A program made the translations under genes and the position numbers. 62,937 bases of DNA. It comes from Ruditapes philippinarum (Eukaryota). The notes beneath the pieces are model-generated. The model was not told the DNA's origin. It did no database searches and saw nothing but the letters and a program-made list of their open reading frames with translations. The stretch lies in NCBI RefSeq assembly GCF_026571515.1, contig NW_026863253.1, positions 62,001 through 124,937 on the forward strand, read 5' to 3'. Positions 26,417-39,100 of this stretch are shown here, piece by piece. The first letter of the stretch is position 1. The number at the start of each line of letters is the position of its first letter.

Positions 26417-26984
26417 AATTACAACTGGCTGATTTATAAAGGATGTCATTAAATGTAAAGTCATTGTCGCCCGGCGCCCGCGCGGCAACCGTCCGATTCA
26501 CTTTTAAATCGCACAGGCGCCGTACGGACATCGTGCGGCGACCGCCCGACCCGTTCAATTCTTTCTGTAAAATCCATTCGGCAAAAAATCGCCCGACGAC
26601 TGTTTCATTCATGACCACGCAATGTATCAGATTTTAAATCGCCCGGCGTCCACGACATCAAAAAATCTGCCGATTTTATAAAAATCGTTAAATCGGACGG
26701 CGCCCGTTTTATTTGTGACCTAGGCATTAGTATATTAACAGAGACCGTTATCGGAATTTAATTTAATTTCATAATCAATTTTGTAAAATGGAAATTTCAT
26801 TGAGTGAGCCTAAGTGTTTGAACTAGAGCACCTGCTACCATGATTTTACGAAAAAGACATTCAACAGTTAAAAATATTTCAAATACATATACTTTATATA
26901 TATAAATGATAATGCTATTGTCTAGCCATGTCCGTTTCCATCACAACTCGTTTTACTGATAAAATAGCGGATATTGAAAGAGTG

Positions 26985-27300
26985 CAGATTCAATACTGAA
27001 TTTATTGAACGAGTTGAATAAAATTATATTATGCGAGGCTCTGGCGAATATAAAAAATATTTTAGACAACGAATTCAATAAATTTAGTTATTAAGCTACA
27101 CGAATATCATATTTTATTTTTTACATACCGAAAAGAAGAACTGTTTAGTGACAAAAAGTATCATTTTTTCATTGACGTGCTTATAGTTTAACGCATACAT
27201 TTAGCGTGTCTTTACATGGCAAATAATGTCACGTCAAAATATTTGCACGACCGTGCAATACCGTTTTTACGGGGTCGCATAAGCGACACGGGTATGTGAC
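26985..27300. repeat. Dispersed AT-rich repeat with internal palindrome; related copy in opposite orientation at about 61905-62230
   Basis: tactgaatttattgaacgagttgaat...gaattcaataaattt hairpin; ccgtgcaataccgttt...gtcgca...gggtatgtgac is the reverse complement of 61908-61958. Confidence 0.55.
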
Positions 27301-28049
27301 AAATGCAAAGTTATTGGTTACAACTTACTCCGACTTGTAATGCACGTACATGTTTATAGAAAAGAAACTAATATACTCGTCATAAAATACGCTGAAAATC
27401 TTGAAAAGAAATAATTGTATTAAATTAACGGAATGCAAGTCCTTGCTCTGCTAAATATCTGAAATGGACATGTCTGTCATTTTTAGTTACGGCTAAAGTC
27501 ATCATTTCAATATTGCCAACATTCTTTATTCTGACTTTTAAGTTTGTTTCAGCAAAACACTTGTTTTGTACCAAAAGCGAATTTTATTTAATAAAACTAC
27601 ACGTCCTTGTTCCGTGACTTCAACAGATGTTAATGTTTCTTGTTTATATAACTAAGTTGTGTCAATGTCCGACCCAGACGGTAGTTAACCGACAAACTGA
27701 CCGACGCAAAACGACCATTAAAAAAGATACAGTCAATCCCATCTCTCTCCCAATAAAACACCATTTACAGCAAAATATGATCCTTGACGACGCCAGAATT
27801 TCACATTCCCCTATAGAAAAAGGAAATATATTTCAGTCACATGTACTGAGAAAGTACCTGTCAACAATGTCAACTGTTGCATTTTCAAACAGTGGTCTTA
27901 ATAGACATGTTTAACTGTGGTGTAGTTGAAACTGATACGATGACCTAGATCTAGGACATAAGCACTTTTCGGAAGGTTGTCAAAATTTGGATGACATGCG
28001 TCGAATGACTATCAAATTTATCTGAAGCATATTTGGCTGATTTGTGCCA

Positions 28050-28460
28050 TTCGCGTTTCCGCCCCGCTACCCTGCCAAGCAAAAAGTCGAGAATTAACAA
28101 GTTAAATCGGCGGGGTCGCGGAGTTTGATAAATCAAACTTTGCCACTCGCCCCGCGCTATTTAGCGTGTTTTCACCCCGCGCCCCGCCATTTAAACATAT
28201 CATTTTTCGACTTTTCGCAGGCGGGTCGCGGGGAGAAAACACGCTTATAAGCGGGGAGCTTAAACTTCGCCCCGCGTCCCCCGCTAAATAGCGTGTATTC
28301 GCTCTGCGCCCGCCGTTTTATTTCTTTAATCTCGCTTATTAGCGTGTTTTCGCTCCGCACCCCGCCATTTTAACTTGTTGATTTCTCGACTTTTCGCAGG
28401 CAGGTAGCGGGGCGAAAACACCCTTATAAGCGGGGAGGGGGGGGGGGGGCGCAGGGCGAA
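28050..28460. repeat. GC-rich element of direct and inverted ~105-bp modules (probable MITE remnant)
   Basis: tagcgtgttttc...gacttttcgcagg...gaaaacacgcttataagcggggag at about 28155-28259 and 28334-28438. Confidence 0.55.
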
Positions 28461-28590
28461 AGGAATTGACTGCTTGCAATTGCTTCGCACATAATATTTT
28501 CTAAATATGCATATTTTATTCTGGACAGAATATACCAAGTTTGTTTTGAAAATAATGAAATAGTCATACTTCAGGCAAACTTAAGTCATT

Positions 28591-28855
28591 CGGTTAGCAC
28601 AATATAGGTAGAGCGTTGTATTGTGAATCGTTCGACCAGTGTTCGATTTCCTGACGGCGCAAATCCTTTTTGTTGTGATTGATCATGAAATCCTTTCTTC
28701 GGTCATTCGCACTGTACCTCTGCTATTGCATATACAGAAGTTATCAGTACCTTGCGAAAGTGAAATTGGTACTGCTTGCAGCATGCCCAGGAACGATGCG
28801 GTGGCTGACCTGTGCTCTGATAAATTCGGTGTGGCTTTCGGAGTGTAAACTAGCA
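28591..28855 (+). mobile_element. tRNA-derived SINE
   Basis: Degenerate A/B boxes (tagcacaatatagg, gttcgatttc) followed by gatcatgaaatcctttcttcggtcattcgcactgtacctctgct. Confidence 0.75.
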
Positions 28856-29509
28856 ACACCATCACTTCAGTCAAACTTTGTATTTTTCGTCCAATGATGC
28901 CATCAAATGTAAATATTTCACATGCTTGCTAAAGATATGTTCCTTTATTACCTAATATCAGTTTTGTTTTGATCGATGGCTCTGCAACGGAAGTGTCGAG
29001 GGCTCACCAAAATGGGAAAGAGCCTGGCACCATTTTTGCTATCTTGACGTAAATGATTTTGAAATATATCAACCTTATTCCTCTCTTTATGATTTTCTCG
29101 CTTGGGGTTTGAGGATACTGCCGTGTGAAATATACTGATATAACCCCTAAACAACAACAAAACGTGAATAGTCTATTTTTTACACCAGGTGCCAATTTAT
29201 GGACAATGCTGGATGGAAACTTACATGCCATATATTCTATATAATCACATTAACACTTTTTTATCTAAAATTGTGTCACTAAACGCGTGGAAAATTTATT
29301 CAAAATCTTTATCATTTATGTTTATTATGATGGTTTACTATCAGAGATAAATTGATTTATTAGCAAACAATGATATCATACTTATCTGATAGTGATCTTA
29401 TAGTACATTGATTTGTATTGCCATGGAAATCTTTTTTATATCTGTAACAGGTAACCTCTCAACAAAGTTCACTTTTTTGTTGGGTTTTACCTCGCACGAA
29501 TACAATAAA

Positions 29510-29685
29510 GGTCAAACAGTAGCTTTCGTACTTTACTGATGAAAGAAAACTTCAGATGCCCCTCCATGGATTATTTTATGATGCCACCAACGGGAAACTA
29601 AGTAGAATCACTGACTAGCTAGCTGGATAGTTTCATCACATGAAAGAATCCAAAATCTCTGAAGGAATTCGAACCTACCACACTG
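29510..29685 (-). mobile_element. SINE fragment, second family
   Basis: ctttactgatg...agctagctggatag...catgaaagaatccaaaatc...attcgaacc is the reverse complement of 49270-49400. Confidence 0.55.
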
Positions 29686-30551
29686 AGATGATTGTTAGAT
29701 CTAACAATTATAGGTTTCAAACAAATTGTTAAAAAATTCAAACATTCTTCAGTCAGATATATTTAATGAAGTTCGATTATCTGCAATATATTAAGTTGTT
29801 TGTAAGAAACAGCAAAAATATCATTTCGAGGAAAGTACTGGGAACCGAGGCTTTAGCAACTTAGTAGTACGAAAGCCGCTTAAATGGAAGTAAATGCTAA
29901 AGTATTTGAAGTGTAAAATAACATGAGTTATTTTTTCTCATTTTATGCTGTTTATTAACATAAGGAGAAATTTTCAAAATTGCTACAAATGTTTGGATCT
30001 ATTCAAATCACTGCTTTTAGTTTATTGAAACTTTCATTTTGTTGTTTGGAAAACACCATTGAAATGCCCCATACAAATAAAGTATTTCAGTTTTATGTAA
30101 GGTTATTTCAGTATTATAAATGGTGTTCATGAAAAAGTGATCAGAATCCATTTTTGAAGCATATATAATGCTAGGATAAATTGTTTATTTTAGCAATCCA
30201 AGTTATAACAAAAATCCATTACTTTGCCAGCGTTGTATTACGTATCATCTCCTTTACTTTTTTTGATGACAAAACAGGGTTGATAATATTGTTGCGGGAA
30301 AACTGACATGCGCGTAGCGTATTGCCGTTCTTAATGAAAAGTTAAAATTAAAGGAACGACAAACTTTGAGTGCGCTTGTGAAATGAACAATATATATATA
30401 TATATTTATTTATAATACTGCACGTTTGCAACGTCACTTTTCATTGGATAATCCTGACGTTTATATAGTTTTATATACACGGCTGCTGTCAATTCATGAA
30501 GAAATCTTACTTTTTTTCTCTAAAAAATGATGCTTGCTGTATTATAAATTC

Positions 30552-30688
30552 GTTATAAAGATTGTGGACAGTTTATATGACCGTATATAAACGGCTGTTT
30601 GCAATATAACCCTCGCCTAGCGGCTCGGGTCATATTTACAAATAGTCGTTTATATAGGGCCATATAACGTGTCAACAATCGTTATAAC
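30552..30688. repeat. 137-bp imperfect palindrome (miniature foldback element)
   Basis: gttataaagattgtggaca..ttatatgaccgtatataaacggct pairs with agtcgtttatatagggccatataa..tgtcaacaatcgttataac. Confidence 0.7.
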
Positions 30689-30827
30689 TTATAATATATA
30701 TGTAATTAATTATGTAAAAGTGAAGTAAACTTAATAGTAGCTTATCATCGGTTTGTACATCAATACATTATGTAATATCACGTTCATAATTTTTATACCC
30801 TGAAACAACATAAAGTTTTAAGAGAAT

Positions 30828-31511
30828 TTTTTAGCTCACCTGAGCTGTTAAAAAAAAGTTATTCCATGTGGAGATCAGAAAAAAATCTTTTACAAATTGC
30901 AAGGACTAATTAGAGTACTAGGGTCAAAATTGCTCCGCCTGGAAAGTCCTAGTTTCCCAGTATGTGTTTAGTGAAAACTAAAAATATTCTTTTCCCCTAA
31001 ATCCACACATGCTAAAGCTTTAATATTTGGTATGAAACGTTGGCTAATGGTCCTCTTCCACCACGTGTATTCAAGTTAAAGTCTTAATAGGTCATAAATG
31101 ACCCCAGAGGGTCATAAAATCTCCTTAAATGATACTAAAGCTCCCAAAAAGCTTCTCCTCGGAAACCGCAAAGTTTATAACTAAGATATTTTGCATGTAC
31201 AATCGTATAGAAGACCTCTAGCAGGTTTATTCAAATTATAGTTGGGTTAAAATTGGTCCATGGGGGTCATGGCCCAGTAACATTTTGCATTTTAAATTAC
31301 AACTATCAAATTTGGATGCACATTTTTATGTCAGTCACGAAATTTTGGCTTATTAGCATATTTACTTTTTCATATATTATATATATTTGACCCTTTGAAC
31401 TTATCTTTGATATCAATTGACCCAGAATTTGACATAATGACTGCTTTTTATCAATAGTATCGGTCCTTTGTTATTTAGGTGAGCGATATAGAGCATCATG
31501 GTCCTCTTGTT
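30828..31511 (+). mobile_element. Helentron/HINE-like non-autonomous element
   Basis: T-tract then agctcacctgagc at the 5' end; complementary aggtgagc near the 3' end, followed by a short hairpin remnant and ctcttgTTTT. Confidence 0.6.
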
Positions 31512-32469
31512 TTGCACTGAAGTGCACCCCGTGTCGCAGCAGTATAACTATGTGTATGTCAGGTAGGTTTATATGAACATTTTAGTTATATCTATCTGTT
31601 TGTGTATGATGCATGAAATGATTAAATGAAGTATACCCGGCGCTCTATAAATACAGGACAGTATAATTTGCTCACGAAAGTAAGTTTATTTCGTTATTTT
31701 TGTCACATATACGTATACCTTTTATATTCCTATATACTATTCGTTTAGAATAAAAAAAGGAGCGATGCGGTTTGCACTATTGGCAGAGTTGGGTTGCACC
31801 CGCATACAAGACTTAGCTTACTGTATGTGAGCATTTCTGTGCATAACGCAAATAAACACGTATATTACAAGTTAAATTGTGTAATATAACTTGGTTTATT
31901 GTAGTTTTCCGTCAGTATAGTAAACATGAGTTTACATAAATTCACTGATAACTGATAAATGACATGTATAAGAAATTCATTTTACTACGATAACGAATGA
32001 TGGGTTTATATGTGTGTCATATGTGTGAAGAAAATGAAGGTATTTTAAGAAGAACACGTGGGTACTGATGACGATGACATTTTATGTTATTTGTTCAAGT
32101 TTATGTTGTAATCTAATTATATTAAAGGTTATATTTTACAATATTGTGAATAATATATTTGGTATACATCTTCATGAGACATCTGTGACGTAGTGGTTAA
32201 GGTTGCACACTGAAAGGTTCGATTCCAAAAAAAGGTGTTTTGCATTCCATCATGTGAGGAAGGTATCAATTTTTCTACAAAAAGAAAAACACACTCCTTG
32301 CTCAGCAAACTTTTCTCTACAACAGATCTCGAGATAAACCAAAATACTTTGATGCATATATATGAGATTCTGATATACTCTTGTTTGAAGTTTTACTCTG
32401 TTGTGTCAGAATCATGCTAAGTGTAAATGCAAAGCTATTACCCATACATGAGATAACTCAATATCTATT

Positions 32470-32755
32470 CGGTATGGTGGCTGATACGTGCCATGTCGTT
32501 TTTTCGCTCCACGGGGCTTCAGACCAAAACATGAAAATACGACAAATTGACGACTTTGTCGTACTTTCGCTCCGCGGGGCGCAAGCTAAGAAGATGCGGT
32601 GACATCGTATTTTCGTGTTTTCGCCTGCATGGCGCACCGCGAGCTGAAAAAAAACAAAACGACAAAGTAATGGCTATGTTGTACTTTCGTGTTTTCGTCC
32701 GACGTCCAGCGAAAATACCACAGACGCTTAGGGGTCAGGTGCTGGCCTCCAACGT
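32470..32755. mobile_element. MITE-like element with gtcg...ttttcg / cgaaaa...cgac inverted modules
   Basis: ggtggctgatacgtgccatgtcgttttttcg... and ...gcgaaaatacc...tggcctccaacg. Confidence 0.4.
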
Positions 32756-33123
32756 TACACACCCCTGTAAACACTCTATCAAAACTATTTTATTATTAAA
32801 ACACGAATGGGACATCTATTATAACGTTAAAAATGGTTTTCAAACAATATGAAAAAATATACCATCAAAGTATACCATAAAGTCTCAATAAAGTAAAGAT
32901 TGCAATCTTGAGTCTGCAATCTTTACTTTATTAAGACTTAATTATCGCCTTTCTTTTATTCAATGATCGTGACACAACACTTGAGAGGCTGGATGGCGGA
33001 GTTACGCTATGGAATGTCGGGTTGCACGAAACACTCGCGTACAGAAAACTACACGTGTGAGAGTCAAAAACTTGATTTTGATTTTAAGGTATATTGCTCC
33101 ATCGGGGGCTTGCTTACTGAAGT

Positions 33124-36100
33124 ATGACTACAGACGTTGCTGTCGTTGGGGCCGGTGTGATAGGACTGTCCACTGCAATCAACGTGCAGACGACAATTCC
33201 CGGTGCACGAGTCACGGTGATTGCCGACAAATTGTACGAGGGTACGACAAGTTATGGGAGTGGCGGAATGTTTATACCATCTATCACGTCTCTCCCTAAT
33301 GAATCCATCGAAGATCTCAGGTAATCTTCTCTTTCTTTAAAGCTGCACCCATAACTACAACAACAACAATACAGATTTTATTCTTTCCATTAAATCAAGT
33401 GAGTGTTGATTTGAAATTTGAGGAACAGTAAAATATTACAAAATGCGAAATCGTATTTTTATGAAAATATTAAAACTTAACCCAACATTACATGCAGATG
33501 AAAATAAACTGATTTAAGAAAAGTTAAACGAAAACAATTGAAAAGTCACAACGTCTGCGGAGCAGCACCCTTCGGGAGACAAAGATTCTGGTGTTGTTGA
33601 GATGTGTTACTCTAGACAGGTTAAATTTAATATTAACTTTTTCTTTGGGCAAGAAGAAATCAGTTTTTCGTTTGGCAAGAAGTAATACTGTTGTTGTCCG
33701 CTCTGCAGATGTTAAAACGCTCTATAAATTTCAAATTGTATCAAGGTTACGTTCACGGCCAGAACCGGTTTCGCCTTTCTTATATCAAATGAATAAGTTT
33801 TCTTGCTAGTGTCACGCGGGTAATACCGGTATACCGACATGTATAATAATTGCTCGTTCAAATATACACTGTAGTTTTTGTCAGTTTGTTTAAGAAATAA
33901 CATCGGCCTTAGAGGTGTATATATATCGGTTATATTTTACACCGGATTGGAGTTTTTGATGCGTAGGAATTGACCACGTAGTCAATTCCTACGAATCAAA
34001 ACTCCAAACCGGTGTTAAATAGCCGATATACACCTCTCAGACCAAACTCCTCACAGTGATTACCTCCCTTTATAAACTTCACAGACGTCACATGATGATG
34101 AAAGTCACATGACGTAACGTCGAAATTTAAATGAAAATATCATCCGTTACATAGAAAAATTTAACGTCATTTTTCTCTTTCTGTTTTATTTTTAACTTTT
34201 TGTAACTATGTCCGTTATATTTTATCAAAACATTATCAAAAGTATACAAAATAATGAAAAATAGATTAAAAAGCTAAAAAACATAAATATCAAAATTTTG
34301 ATTTTTCAGTGTTTGTGTTTCAATGTTTGTGATGACAGAGATCTCTGTACTGGTAAGGGGAGATCACTGCGTAGGAGATTGCTCTCAGACCGATGTTATT
34401 TCGATTGTAACACGATGAAATAAGGAAAAATCACTATAGTAATGTTATTTTTCAAGCGTAATTTACTTCCGGTGCCGATTTTTGTATAACTCTGTTCGAT
34501 TTTCGCACCTTTTTTTTTTCATTTATTTGATATTTGTAGTATAACAATACAAACATACATATTAACATACAATTCATAGACTCATACCTATAATTTCAAA
34601 AACAAAAAAAAAACTAAAAAAACAAAACTACATAAGTATGAAAGACATCCATTTACTCCATATTTCTACTATATATTTATTCATTTGGAATAATAGAAAG
34701 AGTATTTCAGATAAAGGGACTGAAAATTTAAAGTACATGTATATTCAAAGACATTTTAACATTATTTGGAGAAAGGGATAATGAAAAAAGAAGGCGTTTT
34801 GAAGTATATTCAAAAATATTTAACATTATTTGGTGTAAAAATAAGGAAAGAGAGACAGAAAAAAAACAACAAAGAAAATGTCAGAGAAAATATACATACA
34901 CAAACATACACACAGACATTAAAAAAGATACTTTTTTCCTACATACATACAAAACATACATACAATCGCAAAAAAAGATACAAAAAAAAACGATTTTCGC
35001 ACCTTACTGTTTCAAACATATAGAAATTATTAAACAAAACAACTAGTTAGAAAAAAAACGTTATTTTATCAAGTTTTCAACAATAAAAACTTACGTCGTA
35101 TTGTGTTTACACCACTGCCCCATTTAATTGTATGAAATAACGTCAGCTTGTTTATGAATGAGTTGTTTACTTAAGCGCATCTCACACAGAACACACGGCT
35201 TATACGGTTGATCACCCGTGTAAACCGTACAAACAACCGAACTAACCGTGAGTTTAACCGAGTGACACTCGGGCCATTCGAGTGTATCCGTGTAAGCCGT
35301 GTAAGATTTTTAAAACTTTTAAAAAACTGGTACGGATGTAATGTCCGTGTATGATCGTATAAACGATCGAACAAGACCGTAAGAGACCGTGTGAGACCGT
35401 ATGAGATCGTATATACAACCGTATTTGAAGTCCACTCCACGAGTGAGCCCAACCGTGCCACGATCGTATATAAATCGTATGGAATCGTTCGAGACCGTCC
35501 CCAAGTCCTACACCCAACATCCGATTAACATCCGAATGTCACACGATCACGGTACGATTCTCTCGAGTGCACATACGGTTTCATACGATCGCCATACGAC
35601 CAATACGGTTCAAGTACGAATCATACATGGCCTACACGGTATAGTACGGGTATACACGGTCTCACACGGCCTCGTATACGGTCTCACACAGCCTCTATAT
35701 CAGCATGAACTGTACAACGAAAACCACAACTACCTGCTGCCACACCTAATTCTAGATCTACCTAGAGCACTTGCTGCATCATACTAGAATGTATCCAAAA
35801 AACAAGGTTCCCACGCACAGAAGGAATGCAAGAAGGGCCACCCAGGCCTGCCGACCACTCCAACCTTCTGCCCCTGTCGAGCCGGATGAGCAGGGGGACC
35901 CACCAATGTCTGTCAGGCTTATCATAATTTCTAATTCCCTTATTCTGTCATCTGTTGCATCTGGCATTGTTTTATATAACCAATATTCACCTATATAGGT
36001 GTTCCTCGTTAAAAGTTCGAAAATTTATAAGACAAGCCATCAGAATGGGTCAATTTATATCAAAGCATACACAAATAATTGATAATTCGAGTACAACTCG

Positions 36101-39100
36101 AACAAAAGTCGACGGGACCCTATGTAAACCCTGTGAAAGTCGAGCAAGTCGAGTAAAAGTCGTGATTAATCGTACCAGGCCGTACTGGGCCGTATTTGGA
36201 ACCGTGCAACAATCGTATGTATTCGAATGCAAATCGTGTTCAAACCTTGCTTGACCGAGTATATCCGTCCTTTATTCGTACATGCTCGTGCTACATTTAG
36301 TTTAACTCGTGCCAACTAATCCCCAGGCACGGTTGGAGCTTAATACTCGTACCAGCCAATCCGTGTATAACCGAGTACGGGAACCGTGTGCCCAACCGTG
36401 TTTTGTGTGAGACGGGCTTTAGGATGACGTCATTACGCTGCTTACGGAGTCAAAATATTCATTAACTGATATGGATCTAATATGTGGCGTTAGTGTATGT
36501 GAGATATTATTTCGGTATTGTATGAAAAGAAAACATTATACGAACTGAAAATATAAACAAAAATGCTTTTTATTGTTGCTTTAAAATGCTTTGTAAACTA
36601 AACAATCGAGGGTGAAAACATAGCAGCTCATATACAAGTAGTCCATTACCGGTGTTTATTTGCTGTTTAACACCAGTTTTTTCCTTCTTTGTCTATAGTG
36701 ACAAAATCACGTGAGTGTTAGAATATTTCATTTGTGTACATATGTCCTATATAATCGTCATATTCATTTTCCCATATATTTCTAATTTTCATTCATTATT
36801 TTCTTTCTTTGCAACAAGTAACACAATCTCCACACAGTGATCTCCCCTTAATTCTTCGGCGTAGATCTCTGCCACCAAGGTCCCGATATATCAGAATTTC
36901 TGATATACTATATTTTTTCAAAAATTGTTTTATCTACTGCTTTTATCTATCAGATAAGTTTTCTCTCATTTATTTAACAATGTTTATGAATAAATAAATA
37001 AATAAAATGAATATTTAGAACTAATTTTAAAAAATATGACACGATATTTTGATATTTTATATTTTTTAGCTTTTGAATTTATTTTTCGTTATTTTGTATA
37101 CTTTCGATAATTTTTTGATAATCTATATCGAACGTAGGCACTTAAAGTTAAAAATAAAACAGAAAGAGAAAAATAATGTTAGATTTTCTTTGTAACGGTT
37201 GATATTTACATTTGAATTTCGACGTTACGTCATGTGACTTTCATCATCATGTGACGTCTTTGAAGGCAGTGATTACAATTCTGCCAAGGGAGGTAATCAC
37301 TGTGAGGAGTTTGCAAGTAACAATGTCATTCTATAATTCCTAACAACTTATTTCTTCTGGACGGGCCTCATAACATTTACTCATCCGGTTTGAAAAGCAC
37401 ATACGCGGACATTAAATATGCTTCCTTTGGTTTGCGCCACGATTTAGTTCAGCCTTTCAATTTGTTGTATCTAATTCTTTTCTTGTATTAGGAAAGAGGA
37501 ACCCGATTGTCTAGAAACAGCTCATTTCGTGGAGATTTCCCACCTTAATTTCAGCCTAAATATTTGTTTCTTTGTTGTAGAAACTGGTGTCGAGAATCTT
37601 GGAATTTTTACCGGAAGTTATCATTGAGCCCGGAAGCCAGTGAAATCGGAACAATCATAATGAGTGGATATGATCTAGTTGATCAAAAATTACATCCAAA
37701 GGTGAAAACATATGGTCACCACCCACATCTGTCTAAGCTATAAGTTTGGCAATCTTAAACAATAGTTAGAAATAGTTGATATGTTTTCCTTTTGTTTGAC
37801 CAAAACTTTAAAGGAAACGTTAATAACGCTTTCGTTTCGGTAGACAATAGATATTTACAAGTATTAGCATTTCCAAAATATGCTATGTATCGCCGTTCAC
37901 TGGTTTCCTGTTGTCATTTTTTGTATTTATTTAAAAATTGACCAACAGAAATGTCAACGTACACATACAGTCTAGAATATGTCAACGTACACACACCCAA
38001 TTTAGTTTGAAAGTGGTCTGAATATGAGGTTGCAACTTCGGAGTAGGTGGCTTTTTCTAACAAAAAGCTCGTTGGCTTTCTATTTAGATTGCCCTTTCAA
38101 ACTGTATATAAGTGCAGGTTTATACAAAGAAAGTTGCAAGTGCATTCATGTCATCACAAATAAGCTTAAACAACCTTTAACTTTTTTATAATGTATCTTT
38201 TTTAAATAATCTATTTGTTGTTTTGTGTTTTTCTTTAGAAGAAAAAAAATCCAGTTACTCAGACTGCTTAATGATTTGCTGAAACAGCAATTGTATACTG
38301 TATTTATCTAGATCATTTTACAGTCATTAAATAACGTAAACAGCCAGGATAAGCGTCTCTTGCTTAACCAAACTAGTGCCTTCTGTAGCAACAAAAGTTG
38401 CCAATGGCTGACAATGACGCCTAGTGACTATTTTATAGGAATTATTTCAGCAGTTATATCACTTGAACCCTATGATTACACCACGAACGTTCTATTAACA
38501 TGAGATTTTCAATAACACACCTTCTTGCACTAGTTATGTTATTGCCACAATTCGCCATTAAGTAATAGAAAAAGCACCAAAACACGAAGCTATGTGATTT
38601 GTACGAGGGGGAGTATTAATCAGATTGCCGAGTGTTTTGGTGTTCTTTCTCTTTTGTCTCATATTCAAACAAAAAAGCACGTTCCCTGTTGTCACAATAT
38701 GAAACCCCGAAAAAAATGAACCAATAAACGAACATCTGAATATGACATTTCTGTCGCTTTCCCTTTCTCTGCCGTCACAATATGTAAACCCCAGCAAAAA
38801 TGTGCCAATCAATGGGCATGCTCTGGAGTGCGGGTAACTAATACCCGCACTCCAGTTAACGCACTGTGCATGTATATGTATACGATTTAACCCTGACACA
38901 TTTTCAACAGAAAGGTCTCCAAACTATGATACAATTGTTTTTCGATGCACATACCGCAAAAATAACTTTTCTTTCTTGAGAAAATATTAGAAATGGTAGT
39001 TAAACGTCTCAATTCCGACTTATAGGACGCAAAGAAAAGAGGAATTGATAAAACATTGAACTTGATTTTCTGTCAGAATGTTAGCCACTTTCATGGTATT

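Larger units (their letters stand above)
20623..26726 (+). mobile_element. Full-length PIF/Harbinger transposon, 6104 bp
   Basis: Perfect 18-bp TIRs TGCCTAGGTCACAAATAA / TTATTTGTGACCTAGGCA; TTA TSD (20620-20622, 26727-26729); GC-rich subterminal repeats; two convergent genes. Confidence 0.95.

Noticed and set aside
31646-31685. TATA box plus GTAAGT as the oxidase 5' exon
   Set aside because: Implied exon would be only a few nucleotides; unsupported without transcript data
35171-36254. Cluster of overlapping short ORFs
   Set aside because: Arise from the subterminal repeats of a non-autonomous Harbinger; only 35789-35910 may be a relic first exon
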